Shown: positions 1 to 12,272 of the stretch, one piece after another | Layout of the letters: the number at the start of each line of letters is the position of its first letter | Numbering within the stretch: the first letter of the stretch is position 1 | From: Selaginella moellendorffii | Lineage: Eukaryota; Plantae; Lycopodiophyta | NCBI RefSeq assembly: GCF_000143415.4 | Contig: NW_003314266.1 | Coordinates: 3,480,398-3,544,397 of the forward strand | Length of the DNA stretch: 64,000 nt | Direction of reading: 5' to 3' | The notes under the pieces: model-generated | What the model saw: the letters and a program-made list of their open reading frames with translations, nothing else | Told to the model about the DNA's origin: nothing | The model's database searches: none | Position numbers and translations under genes: made by a program

Positions 1-2177
1 TATTTTGTGTGACAAGAAATTTGCCCAGCCAATGCTGTCCCCAGTTCAAGGATGCACACCTCGCTAGGGGTTTCGCGGAATTAGGGTTTAGGACTTCTGG
101 ATTTGTCGCAAACTTCAAAGGAATATATGAATTTATATCTTGAAGTTTAAATTGAAAAATTCCTATGTTGGGCTGTGAGCTCTTTAAGTAGATATCCATG
201 TTGAAATTGCACTCATCACCCAGAAGGGAAAAGAAGGAAAAAAAGAAATGCCGAGCTCTTGGCACTCACAGCAAACTCCAATCACTGTTATGTCAGGAGG
301 AGAGCTAGCTACTCAAAAATGATTTTCTCTTTATCAGTGTCAATTTTGATTCTGGAAGTTTAAGTTTGTTTCAGTCTTAGAAAATTATATGATTGGGTTC
401 CATCATATTTCGTTCTGCCAAGCACTTGTGTCTTTTGTGGCACATGGTTACAAAGAGGCCCTACTTCGGCCCCTAGACTTCTTTGGCATTGGGTTGCTTT
501 GCTTTCAAATGTTCCTCTGCCATAGGGTAGGGTTTAGCCAAGTGCCATGCACCAAAACAATCCTGTCAAAATCAAGCAGCACTACATCGCCATAACCTAA
601 ACGCCTTGCCGACAACAACGTGACAACACGTGCTTTTCTCCATAACACTCTTCAGTTTCTTGATTGCATTAGCTCGACGGGTTATAATATGCCATTTTGC
701 TTGAGACATGGTTTTAGAGGTGTGTTGATGCAAGAAAACCTGAGTGTGCCTGGTCAGCGCCATCCTATTGCATATATAAGCTGTACATTACAACCAGCGG
801 AGGTGAATTACTTCATGATAGAAAAAGAGTGTTTATCAACAGTTTAGGGTTTCTAGAAACTTCATGCATATTTACATTGTTCTTGAAGGTTACTAGAATG
901 TGATCATGCTACCATTATTTCATTATTGAAGCGAAAGAACTTGGTTGGTCGTATTGTTTGGTGGGTTTTGAAGCTTCAAGTATATAATTTTGATATTATT
1001 CATCGCCAGGAAATTCTATGACTGATGTTGATGCCTTTTCTCGAGCTCCTCTTTCTTATTTGCTCTCTTCTCATATTTCTGACGAGCTTGTTATTCTGGT
1101 ATCTGTGGATTTTCTAAACGAGGATTCTGTGCCATTGGCAATTGCTATATTTGACATTCAGTGTCCATAAGGTATAAAGCAAAACATGCCTTCTCTTGAT
1201 GAGGTTCGTGAGGTTTAAAAGATTGAGCTGTGGATTCGAAAGCTTGGGAATCCTGCATCACTTACTGATGACTTGCCATTTTGGCATTTACATTCTCAAT
1301 ATCGCCTTGAAGAAGGCCTTCTTTATTTTGTGGGGACAGATCCTAATGATTGATTACGGCTGGTAGGGCCTTCAATCTTTATTCCATAGTTTCTCTATGC
1401 CTACCATGATTCTCCTATTCTAGGTGGGCATATAGGACATCATTATTGTGTGACCAAGAAACTGTATATGTTTTTCTATTAGCCAGAGATGTTACGCGAT
1501 GTTATTTGGTATATGCATAGCTGTGTTTGGTGTCAAGCTCGTAATACTCCCCCTCATGCTGCAAAAAGGCGGTTGGAGTCAATTGTAATTTCCCGTTATA
1601 AACCACAAATTTTTTCTTTCCAATTTGTCAGTTTACCTTGTCTATCTGCCACCTTGGCCTTAGCTAAGTTCCCTCGCCAAAGTTCTAACCTATTGTACCA
1701 GCTCCTACTTGGTCTTACTTTGTTTCAGCTACTCATTGCACAAGCAACGGAGCATTAGCCATCCATTCACAGATTCCTAAATCTCTCCCAATCCCCCTCC
1801 CCGGGTTAGACTGGACTTAAATTTCAACTATAGTCCCCGCATGCACAAGCAGCCAAGCACACAAAACCTCTATGTTCCTAACATCCCTTAGTGCAATAAG
1901 GCTTGATCATGGGACCCTTTAAATCCCAAGCCTTGGGTGCAACACTTGCTTCGGGACACCGAGGGGAAACACTGTGGCCTAACAGCCCGGTATAGGTACC
2001 TCTACTCCCCCACTTCCATCTTGAAGGGAAGGCCCAAGCCCCTAGGAAGGGTGAGGACCAATGAGCCGCAAGGTACTCAAGTAGGGCACCACTCCACATG
2101 AGCTAGGAGCACTATAGTCGATTTCCCTTCCGAGAGTGAGAGTTGCTCTTGAGCACTTCCTTGGGTGGCCCCTCCGG

Positions 2178-3052
2178 TGTGAGACACAAAATCCCTAGGC
2201 CCCAAAAGTGGAGCTGGAAGGGCGCCACGTGGTAGTGGCCGAAGCGAGAGCCAAACGAGCGTAACACGTTTGGACCAAAAGCTCCGACTTGAAAAGTCAA
2301 GAGCGGGAGTGGAACTCCCAACGAAGGGCTCGAGGAACGAGCACGAAGCGAGCAAAAAGCAAGGCTCCAAAAAGGGACCCAAAAAGGACCAACACATGAC
2401 ACGTGGAAGTGTCCGAGATGGACTCGAGTTGGAGTCCAAAGTGGAGTCTGAGATGGACCCGAGTTGGAGTCCGAAGTGGAGTCCGAGATGGACCCGAGTT
2501 GGAGTCCAAAGTGGAGTCCGAGATGGACCCGAGTTGGAGTCCAAAGTGGAGTCCGAGATAGACCCGAGTTGGAGTCCGAAGTGGAGTCCGAGATGGACCC
2601 GAGTTGGAGTCCGAAGTGGAGTCCGAGATGGACCCGAGTTGGAGTTCGAAGTGGAGTCCGAGATGGACCCGAGTTGGAGTCCGAAGTGGAGTCCGAGATG
2701 GACCCGAGTTGGAGTCCCAAGTGGAGTCTGAGATGGACCCGAGTTGGAGTCCGAAGTGGAGTCCGAGATGGACCCGAGTTGGAGTCCGAAGTGGAGTCCG
2801 AGATGGACCCGAGTTGGAGTCCGAAGTGGAGTCTGAGATGGAGTCCGAGATGGAGTCCGAGATGGAGTCCGAGGTGGACCCGAGATGGACCCGAAATGGA
2901 GTCCGAGATGGAGTCCGAGATGGACCCGAAATGGAGTCCGAGAGGGACCCGAGATGGAGTCCGAGATGGACCCGAGATGGAGTCCGAGATGGAGTCCGAG
3001 ATGGAGTCCGAGATGGACCCGAGATGGAGTCCGAAGTCGAGACCGAGACCGG

Positions 3053-3096
<44 letters not shown>

Positions 3097-3697
3097 TCGG
3101 GACCGAGACCGAGACCGAGGCCGAGGCCGAGACCGAGCCCGAGTCCGAGACCGAGCCCGAGCCCGAGCCCGAGTCCGAGTCCGAGTCCGAGTCCGAGTTC
3201 AAAAGCCTGAGAGGGTGAAAGCCCAAAGCGTTCGTCTCCCAGACCCTGGGGGGTTTGGTGAGCTCCAAAAGTATAGTAGGGGGAGGACTGCAGTGGAGCC
3301 AGTTTGGCCAGGAAAGGCCAGTTTGGCCCAGGAAGGCCGGACCCAGTGTTGGGTGAGGAGCTGCCCACTGGAGTCCGAAGTGGAGTCCGAGATGGACCCG
3401 AGTTGGAGTCCGAAGTGGAGTCCGAGATGGACCCGAGTTGGAGTCCGAAGTGGAGTCTGAGATGGAGTCCGAGATGGAGTCCGAGATGGAGTCCGAGGTG
3501 GACCCGAGATGGACCCGAAATGGAGTCCGAGATGGAGTCCGAGATGGACCCGAAATGGAGTCCGAGAGGGACCCGAGATGGAGTCCGAGATGGACCCGAG
3601 ATGGAGTCCGAGATGGATCCCGAGATGGACTCCGAGATGGAGTCCGAGATGGACTCCGAGATGGAGTCCGAGATGGACCCAAGATGGAGTCCGAAGT

Positions 3698-3738
<41 letters not shown>

Positions 3739-4872
3739 TCGGGACCGAGACCGAGACCGAGATCGGGACCGAGACCGAGACCGAGGCCGAGGCCGAGACC
3801 GAGCCCGAGTCCGAGACCGAGCCCGAGCCCGAGCCCGAGTCTGAGTCCAAGTCCGAGTCCGAGTTCAAAAGCCTGAGAGGTTGAAAGCCCAAAGCGTTCG
3901 TCTCCCAGACCCTGGGGGGTTTGGTGAGCTCCAAAAGTATAGTAGGGGGAGGACTGCAGTGGAGCCAGTTTGGCCAGGAAAGGCCAGTTTGGCCCAGGAA
4001 GGCCGGACCCAGTGTTGGGTGAGGAGCTGCCCACTGGGAAGTCCAAGACTAGAGTGAACACAGACCGACAAGTGGGGTAGCTTGGTGAAGTGTTCAAGAG
4101 CTGGCTCTAGTTCCCCCGGGAGATCGACTGGCCGATGCTCCCAGTCCAAGTGTGGGTGGCACTACCTACTTGGATACCTGTCGTGGCTCAACGGAACCTC
4201 GCTCTAAGCCCATGGCTAGAGCACCTAAAGGCGAAAGGCGAGGAGAGTACCCAGGTGGCTTGCGTAAGGCCACGGTGTTCCGAAATGTTGTCCCAAAGGC
4301 CCAGACTGTGGAGAGGAAGAGGCGCAGTCCTCTGGGGTAGTGACCAAGGACACAGTCGTGTGGTGAGGAAGTCCCAGAGGACCGTGGGACTTAGTGGTCG
4401 GGCCTGTGGGTCTCGATCCAGTGGCAGTGTTGGCAAACACGGCCAGGGGCAGAAAGGGACTTAGTGGGGACTGACAGAGGGATATTGGGGAAGGCTATTC
4501 CCCTTGTCGGTGGGCATCCTAAGGATGCTAAGGAGTGGATCTGAGATGACCACTCACGGATGGTTTGCCTAGTCTTGGAGAGCCAAGACTGTGATGCAAG
4601 TGGTAGTGGACTACCAGTGTGGCAAAGGTGATTGGGCATGGCCTTAGCGTAACAGGTTGCTATGTCGGTGGTACCTTTGAGTGTCGGTCATGGGATCGGA
4701 CACGTGGAGCACTTGGACCAAGTGCAAATGTTGAGTGGCATGGATGCCATTCTCGGGGCTAGCAAGTCCCAAGTCCTGGATGGGACTTATGGAGGTTGTG
4801 AATGAGACTCCTCCAAGTGGTCGGAGGTGTGGTTAAGTGACTAAAGTAGAATGGAAAAATTAGTCGCTTACA
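2178..4872 (+). mobile_element. Inner solo-LTR-like insertion with expanded internal satellite
   Basis: 5-bp TSD tccgg at 2173-2177 and 4873-4877; termini TGTGAGAC...GTCGCTTACA; no coding domains. Confidence 0.85.
2410..3870. repeat. Hierarchical tandem repeat (35-mer, 12-mer, 6-mer), itself partly duplicated
   Basis: About 11 copies of gagttggagtccgaagtggagtccgagatggaccc from 2426, then gagatggagtcc units, then gagacc/gagccc/gagtcc hexamers. The block at about 2744-3370 is repeated at 3369-4036, including a unique tail of about 170 bp. Confidence 0.95.
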
Positions 4873-6419
4873 TCCGGCACCACCCGAGTCCATGCTCACT
4901 CCCACCCAAGGCCCTTCGGCCCTAGTCTCAACCTCAAGTCAGTTTGGAAGCACCACTTGAGAGTTTCTTCAAGACTGGTTACTATACCTCACTATCCCTA
5001 CTATACTTTTGGAACCCCATGCAGCCCCCCCTCTCCCTAGGAGACACACGCTTTGGGCTTTCATCCCTCAACCTGTATTAGTATTTAGACTCGGTCTTGG
5101 ACTCAATCTTGGACTCAATCTCGGACCCAACCTCGAACTCAATCTCAGACTCGATCTCGAACTTGACCTTAGACCCGATCTCGGCCTCGACCTTGGACTC
5201 AACTTTGGACTCGGTCTCATACCCAATCTCAGGTCTTGGACTCTGTCTCGAACTCGGTCTCAAACTCAGTCTCAGACTCGGTTTCGGAGTCGGCCTCGGA
5301 CTCGATCCCGAACTCGGTCTCAGAGTCAGTCTTGGACTTGATATCAGACTCAATCCCATCCGATGAACTCTTTATCATTTCAGTCATGATTTTGGGGATC
5401 CTTTAGCCTACGACACTTCGGGGAGTTGGTTTGTTACACCCGTCCGTTTGAGTTGGTGGCATTTGATTTTATGGGACCTTTTCCATGATCAACTGCTGGC
5501 AATGAATATGTTATTATTGCTTCTGACTATTTGATTTGTTGGGTGGAAATTGGTGCTCTTGCTAGTGCCTCTACAATTGTTGTTGGATACTTCCTCCTTA
5601 ATCAAGTAGTGTTCCAGCATTCTTGTTTAGAGCAGATTCTTTCGAATAATGGTTCCACATTTATGGCTAAGGCATTCATGTTTTGACATCTCGGTTGGGG
5701 ATATGCCACACTTTCACAAGTGTTTATCATCCACAATCAAACGGTTTAGTGGAACAACTCGTTCGGACGTTCAAAGTGATGATTATGAAGTACGTGAACT
5801 TTCAGCATTTGGACTAGGATGGTTATTTACCGTCTCTTCAGTATGCATATATCACAGGGGTGTAGATTTTTATTGGTGCTTCACCATATAAACTTCTATA
5901 TGGTCATGATCCAATATTACCAACAGAGCTAAGTTTACTTTTGCGATTGCCACGAGCTACCAATGCTAGGTCGTGGGATTAATATTTGATGAGCATTTTT
6001 CCATTTGTCTGAGTGGAGTCTGTCGAACACTTAGGCCACATACAAGTGGGACAACCATGGCGCTACAACTCCTATCATCGTCCACTTGTGGAGTACAAAG
6101 TGAATGATTTGGTATTAGTCCATTTTCCCCATCTTACAGTAAATGGTTTATCTAAGGGGCTCTTTGCTTAGTGGAAATGACCGTATCGAGTGTTGTGGCA
6201 AGTTAAATCACAAGTTTATGAGGTTCGGCATGACGTCCAACAAACTGATCCTCCAGAAATTGTGCATGTGCAACAGTTGAAATGATTTGTCCAAATGGAT
6301 CAGGAACAGCTAATACCATCTATAGATCCGCTGATACCTCCTCCTAATGTTCCTCTAGATTCTAGCCCATCTATAAGAGAACTTTGATAATTTTTTATTA
6401 TTTCGAGAGGAGGGGATGA

Positions 6420-6592
6420 TGTGAGGTCCAAATATATGGCTACAATACCATATACTAATATTAGCGTAGTGGGATTTTAGTAGCCACCGGATTAGTTTCA
6501 ATCTGGACCACTCGCTCTTGTATATAAGCTAGAGTTTTTGGGCTAATTGATATGCATATTTTCTGTATTTCCTTTCCATATTCCATGTACTC
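6420..6592 (+). repeat. Probable 3' LTR of the decayed gypsy element (right end uncertain)
   Basis: Starts with TGTGAG immediately after the polypurine tract. TATA-like tatataag at about 6521. Possible end ...tactca at 6592. Confidence 0.45.
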
Positions 6593-7839
6593 ATAATTAA
6601 TTTTATTTTTATTTTTATTTTATAATTTATAAATGTTTCTTTATAATATAAATTATTTAACTGCATAACTCTAAGTGAAAACTTATTTAGATTTTAAATT
6701 ATAGATACTCTTGTATCACTTTTATGATTTGGATAGTGAACTACAACTTTTTAGAAATATTTCTTTTTGAGCTGATCATGTATCTTTTGCCACTAAGTAT
6801 CTAGAGCTCTTGGTTTATTCAAAACTTTCTCAAACCATTGAGAATTTTTATTGATTTTATGCGCCTTGCTAGTATATCCCATAATGAAGGTCAAAAGAGC
6901 CCTTTGCTTCTTCCATCCTCTTGTTGTGAGTATGAGCCACCACATTGAGTTCTGGGGTACTAAGTCTAGCTCTTCAATGCAGGAAAAAGAGGTTCTTGCC
7001 AGGAGAAAAGTTCTCATAGAGGCTGTGCTGGCTTCTTCCACATAGCAAGTGATCCACTACATGATTAGGATCAGGAGGAGAAAGAAAATGCATAGCATGC
7101 CCATATAAGCCTTTGTTAATTGTGTTTGAGATTAGAGTTTGCTAGCAGAAAGAAGTTGCATATAGCTTCTCAATGACTGCCTCATCTCTTCAAATTCAAC
7201 ATTAGTAGATCTGTCCATCAAAACCGTGACTCTCTTTGTATTAAAATTCTATGGATTTACCTGGATATGTAATGCCAAAGCTTGGAAGTGGACACACATT
7301 GGTCTATAATACTGTGGAAGTGGTCTATCTAAAGAAGATAATATAATAGTAATTCCTGCATGTAAGTCAAGACTTATAAATGAAAATCCAGAATAATATG
7401 GAGTATTATCATAAATATTAATAAATTGATTTCAATGTAAGAAATCATAATCATTAAAATTAAAGGCTGGAATTTAAAAGACATTTACCCCATAATGTGT
7501 AATTTTTAAAATCTTTATTAGTTAAACTAGATATTCTGACCAAAGTATTTGCTGAATATTTATGGTTAAAATTTATTATCCTAATATATCCACTATAAAC
7601 CCTAAAAAAATGGGCGTAAACAAGGCTTCCTGGAGTCCCCTTACTGTGCTCAGATCTTGATTGCCCTTGCTCATCGCACCGTTCCCAAGCCAATAGCCCT
7701 AGCTCCCGCCGCCCCGCTGCATCCCAAGAAGTCCTGATGCGCCGCCTGATCCTCTGTCGGTCCTCCCCCCCACGTCGGATCTCCCTGCCGAGTCATCTCT
7801 GTCCATGTCATCATCCACGTGTTCCGCCTCACTGTGTTC

Positions 7840-8585
7840 TACGGCCGCTACAGCCACGCCTCGACGATGCAATTCCAGTCGCCCTTCCAGGTACGCCAGA
7901 CCTACGCCGCTCTGCAATGCGGCAGCCCTACCGCAGGGGCGGTGAATCCACGCCCACATTGTCGCCAGCGGCCTCGCCAGCAATGGACTCCTCAGCGATC
8001 ACATGTATATGCCCTCCGGCGAAGAAGCCTCTTCTCCTGGAACTTCATCATCGCGGCATTTGCCAAGAACAGGCATGGCCGCAAGGCGATCGAGATGTTT
8101 AGGAGCATGGACTCGGCGGGGATCAAGCCCGACAGTGCTACTCTCTCCAGTGTCCTTGGCGCTTGCTCCAGCCTGAGGGATCTGGAAGAAAGCCGGAGGA
8201 TCCATGTCCAGTGGCGAGTTCCAGAGCGGGATAGTTGTGGAGACTAGGCTCGTGAAGATGTATGCCTGCTGTGGGAGGCTGCGAGAGGCCAGAAAGGTGT
8301 TCGATCGGATCGAGAACAGAGTGATATGCTGGAACTCGATGATCGCGGCATAGCGCCCAAGCTCGGCAGCTCTACAAGGAGATGGAAGGTTTCGGATTGA
8401 AAGCCAGGGACACGACTTTCGCTGGGATCCTGGGAGCTTGTTCCTCGCTCGAGGAAGGGATCAGGGGTCTCGTCCTCGATCATCATCCAGAACGCGCTTG
8501 TGAGCATGTACACGCGATGCTCTAGTCTAGACGTTGCGAGGGCCGTGTTTGACAAGATCGAGAGCAAGATCGTGGTCTCCTGGAG
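7840..8585 (+). pseudogene. PLS-class pentatricopeptide repeat gene remnant
   Basis: RSLFSWNFIIAAFAKNRHGRKAIEMFRSMDSAGIKPDSATLSSVLGACSSL; IIQNALVSMYTRCSSLDVARAVFDKIESK; many deletions and frameshifts. Confidence 0.9.
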
Positions 8586-8589
8586 ATCT

Positions 8590-8900
8590 AGTTAGTTCTC
8601 TGGAAAATCTAGTCGAGCTTGTTGATGAGTGACGCCACCACAACGCTGTTGCTGGATCCATCTTTCCTAAGAGTCGTGCGTGCCTGCCCGAGCTCCAAAT
8701 CGTTGGCATTGGAACAGACGCTCAGAACGCTGGTAAGAGTCAGCTGCTAGAGAGCTCCTCAGTTCCTCCCGTGGCCACGATCAAAGCACGATCAAAGTCG
8801 TCCAGGAGACCACGTTGTGAGCTCTCACCTTAGAGGGAACTCGCCTGGCCGCGTCAAGTTCGTTGCACTTCATACATATGTTGAGAGCGTTCTAGATGAA
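8590..8900 (-). pseudogene. PPR fragment
   Basis: Minus strand reads MYMKCNELDAARRV..KVRAHNVVSWT; homologous to 10755-10830 (+) and 19050-19170 (-). Confidence 0.75.
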
Positions 8901-8951
8901 GACACTCATTTAAAAAATTGTTAATATTCAGAAAACTAATGTTTTGCTCTT

Positions 8952-9720
8952 TCAGTTTCTAAGTTTTCTGTATGCCCACAGCAATGTAATGACTAACATA
9001 AGTGGCAAGAGTGGGATGGGAAAACCTCCGACACTAGTTGTCCCGGAGCTGGTATTAGAGTTAATGTTCGATGCACTGCCACAACTAGTGCCGGAGCTGG
9101 TGCCGAATGAAGCGGGTGTCAACGATGGTGCTGGACGCAGTGTCGAAGGTGGAGACCCTGGTGCTGGACATATTGGCACTTGAGACCTTGGTGCGCTTTC
9201 TGTGGGAGACTCCAACCATGGCTCTTCGCTACCCCAATCCCATGTCTCCCAAACTGGAGGAGGAGGTGGTGGAGGCAAATCCATGGATGGAAGCTCAACA
9301 TCACTCCCATCCTCACTTCCACCACCACCACCACTCTCGCCACCATCATCACCATTGTCACTGCCGCGAGAGCCTCCCATGCCCGCAGGACTTAGTGTGG
9401 ACCCTCGAAGATGGGGGAGATGGGACAAGACCGGGAGATAGAAAGCTAGTGGCACAGTCCTTGTTGGTGGTTGGTGTGGCATGCTTTGCTGGTGGTGAGG
9501 ATCGTGTGAGAAATTCATTGGTGCGCACAACCTGTATGCTGTGATCAGGAGATTTGCCATCCCTACCTCACAAAATGCATTTTGATCTGGATAAAATATC
9601 CTCTTGAACCGATAATCAGGTGATGACGCATCCGCTCCTCTCAAATGCTAAACTCTTTCTTGTAAATCATCTCAAGCATTCTTCGCTCCCTAAACTCCTT
9701 ATCTCCTTTTCCTCCTGAGT
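8952..9720 (-). pseudogene. Chimeric remnant: F-box gene fragment joined to the 3' half of a Pro/Gly-rich membrane-anchored protein
   Basis: RGADASSPDYRFKRIFYPDQN matches F-box gene 54884-55837 (RDASTPKASDLSFKRIFYPDPN). Followed by a Gly-rich stretch, PPPPVWETWDWGSEEPWLESPT and the hydrophobic tail FPIPLLPLMLVITLLWAYRKLRN. Confidence 0.75.
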
Positions 9721-10175
9721 TTTATCGGCAACTAACAATAATTTTAAAGAATACAGTGACGTAAGAATAGAGCTTTTTTAAGTTTTAACAAAATAAAATA
9801 GTTTTTTTTTCTTAATACAAAGGCGGTTCATAACGACTAACCCATACATTAAATAAAGTTTTCTTGGATTGAGAGGATTACCATTGCCACTAAGATTAGA
9901 TACTAGTAGTATGATTAAAATTATTACAAATATTGCTACTAAAACCTAGCTCCTTTGGCACAAGTTTTCAATGGTGATCTGTTTGGATCACAATACTACA
10001 GAGTAATCTGGACAGAGAAACTCCTGACGCTTATCACGAGGTGGTGCAGAATAGTCCAGATTCTGTCCAGAAGCTACAGTGGTGTGATCTCTGCAAGCTG
10101 GTGGTGAGGATCGTGTGAGAAGTTTGCTGGTGCGCACAACCCGCATGCTGGGATCAAGAGATCTGCCCTCACTTT

Positions 10176-10330
10176 TTACTTTGGATGATTGTGACACCCT
10201 GAGAGAGTAGCACGTATGGAGCACTGTCCTGTCGATCCAGCTCCATAGCCTCGTCTTAAAATCCCCGTGATGCACAGGAACTTCGGCTCCACAGCATCTT
10301 GGTGCCATAGCCATGGTGAGCGTAGGCTGC
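10176..10330 (-). pseudogene. PPR E-domain fragment
   Basis: DEAMELDRQDSAPYVLLS...HNHPK; a deleted copy of 52350-52822. Confidence 0.75.
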
Positions 10331-10394
10331 GATGACCCGTGTCAGCACACGGCGTTCTTTGCCTCCATCCTCTCACAAGCTCTCCATCTGCAAT

Positions 10395-10742
10395 AACAAG
10401 GTAGGTGGAAGTGAGGATGGGAGTGATGTCGAGCCTCCATCCATGGAATTAGTTTGGGAGACATGGGATTGGGGTAGCGAAGAGCCATGGTTGGAGTCTC
10501 CCACAGAAAACGCACCAAGTGCAAACACCATCTCCATGGCCAGCACCAGGGGCACTTCCACTTTCGACACTGTGTCCAGCACCATCTCTGGCACCTGCTC
10601 CAGCACTGCATTCGCCACCAGCTCTGGCACTACCTGTGGCACTGTGTCGAACATTAGCTCTTACACCAGCTCCGGGACAACCAATGTTAGAGGTATTTCC
10701 CGTCCCGCTCTTGCCGAATATGAACAATCAAAATTTAAATAG
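10395..10742 (+). pseudogene. Fragment of Pro/Gly-rich membrane-anchored protein family
   Basis: GGSEDGSDVEPPSMELVWETWDWGSEEPWLESPT, then PAP-rich frame ending QPMLEVFPVPLL. Confidence 0.8.
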
Positions 10743-10754
10743 GAATCCAAAAAT

Positions 10755-11760
10755 GGGAAGTGCAACGAACTTGACGGGATTCGCTCGAAAGTGAGAGCTC
10801 ACGACGTGGTCTCCTGGGCGGCTTTGATCGTGGCCTACACGCGGCACAGGAGGAACCGAGAAGCTCTCGAGCAGCCGGACAAGGTGACTCTTAGCAGCGT
10901 TCTGACCCATCAACAAGCTATCCGAGCTGTGGAGAGATTCACAAAGCCAGATTCGAACCCGTGAGCAACGCTGCTCGTGAAGCTCAATCCCGATTTTGGC
11001 ACTGTAACCACTTTCTAAGTTTATCAGGACACGAGATGGTGGCACCCAAGAGCTTTCTGTGTGTAGGCACCGGCACCCAGCATTGCGTTCCAGGATACCA
11101 CATTCTTGTGCTGGATCCATCTCTCGCCATGCCGACTTTCCCAAACTTGCTGTATGGTCGCAGAGGCCACGGACACATTGGCTTCCAGGTGAGAGCCTCG
11201 AATGCGCCTCTTTCCCACCTCCCATTGTCTGCCCCGATGATCCGGCAGCAAAGAACATGAAAACGCTTGCAAAGGTGGGCTCCAGCTCCTTCCTCTCGAG
11301 AAGCTCCAGCGCTCGGCCCTCGCAACGTCCAGCCTGTGCGTACATGCTCACAAGCGCGTTCTCCGGCCTTCTTCCAGATCCCTCAAGCTGGAGCAAGCGC
11401 CAAGGACGCTGGAGAGAGTAGCGATGTCGGGCTTGATCCCCGCCGAGTCCATGCTCCTAAACATCTCGATCGCCTTGCAGCCATGCCTGTTCTTGGCGAA
11501 TGCCGCGATGATGAAGTTCCAGGAGAAGAGGCTTCTTCGCGGGAGGGCGTGGAAGACCTGGATGGCGTCGTCGACGCTGCCGCATTTGCCATACATCTGG
11601 AGGAGGTGATCGCCGAGGAATCCATCGCTGGCGACAGGATCTGCGGTAGGTCTGCCTCATTGCCCCAGTGCTTGAGGAGCGCGGCGTAGGTCTGGCGCAC
11701 CTGGAAGGGCGACTGAAATTGCAAGTGGTGGAGATCGTCGTCGAGGCGTGCCAATCGCTG
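10755..11760 (-). pseudogene. PPR gene remnants (main copy on -, short piece 10755-10990 on +)
   Basis: MYGKCGSVDDAIQVFHALPRRSLFSWNFIIAAFAKNRHG (11348-11596); inverted paralog of 7840-8585. Confidence 0.9.
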
Positions 11761-12272
11761 CAAGGGAATATGCTAGTGAAAGTCTTTTATACGTCTTTGA
11801 TTTGATTTTTTGTATCTTTTGGTACGCTGTAAGAATTCATCGGGATGATCAATCACACAGGGAACCAGCCAGCCGCATCCATCTCCCACTCTCCAATGCA
11901 TCTAGAATGAAAATCACCAAAGCTTTTGATTATGGCTCATCTTCTTCTTTGTGGGCATTCCTTGACTAATTTTGTTTAGTCATATTAACACAACCATCAG
12001 ATTAAGGAATATCGTACTTGGATATTCTAAGTATATAACTTCAAACGGAATGAATGTTGAATATTGAATGTTGAAATCTTGAATGTTTTCACTGGCTTTT
12101 ACGTGTTTTCCATGCTTCCATCGCAAGGATAGTTCAATCCCGAACCTCTATAACACTGGCAAACGTAAACCTTACATGCATATCGTATGGGGCCCGTCAT
12201 CTTTACAGGGTCGGCCCGAAGCTAAAACTTTCAGTATATACGCTCACTCGTGCAAGTGCGAAGCAATCATCC

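Larger units (their letters stand above)
1597..5438 (-). mobile_element. Outer solo-LTR-like insertion (about 1.14 kb without the nested element)
   Basis: 5-bp TSD cccgt at 1592-1596 and 5439-5443. Ends are tata.. (mutated tgta) and ..tgttaca. Its sequence is a diverged reverse complement of the inner element, e.g. 4996-5070 vs 3207-3282 and 2050-2170 vs 4075-4200. Strand is only relative to the inner copy. Confidence 0.8.
600..6419 (+). mobile_element. Degenerate Ty3/gypsy retrotransposon pol (RNase H + integrase), interrupted at 1597-5438
   Basis: RNase H-like GVLMQ...HPIAYISCTLQPAEVNYFMIEKECL (620-847); integrase Zn-binding H..GGHIG...CVWCQ (about 1400-1560). Removing the insert rejoins IVISRPFELVAFDFMGPFP. 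Many stops and frameshifts. PPT gagaggaggggatga at 6405-6419. Confidence 0.9.

Noticed and set aside
4015-4046. 5S rRNA-like ctgggaagtcc (Cassandra-type LTR)
   Set aside because: Match is too short and there is no A-box or remaining 5S sequence.
2077-4097. Long ORFs (661, 545 aa and others) on both strands
   Set aside because: Products of a stop-poor tandem repeat inside a solo LTR; low complexity in every frame.
6793-7300. Coding-like minus-strand stretch
   Set aside because: No recognisable motif and multiple stops; cannot be assigned.
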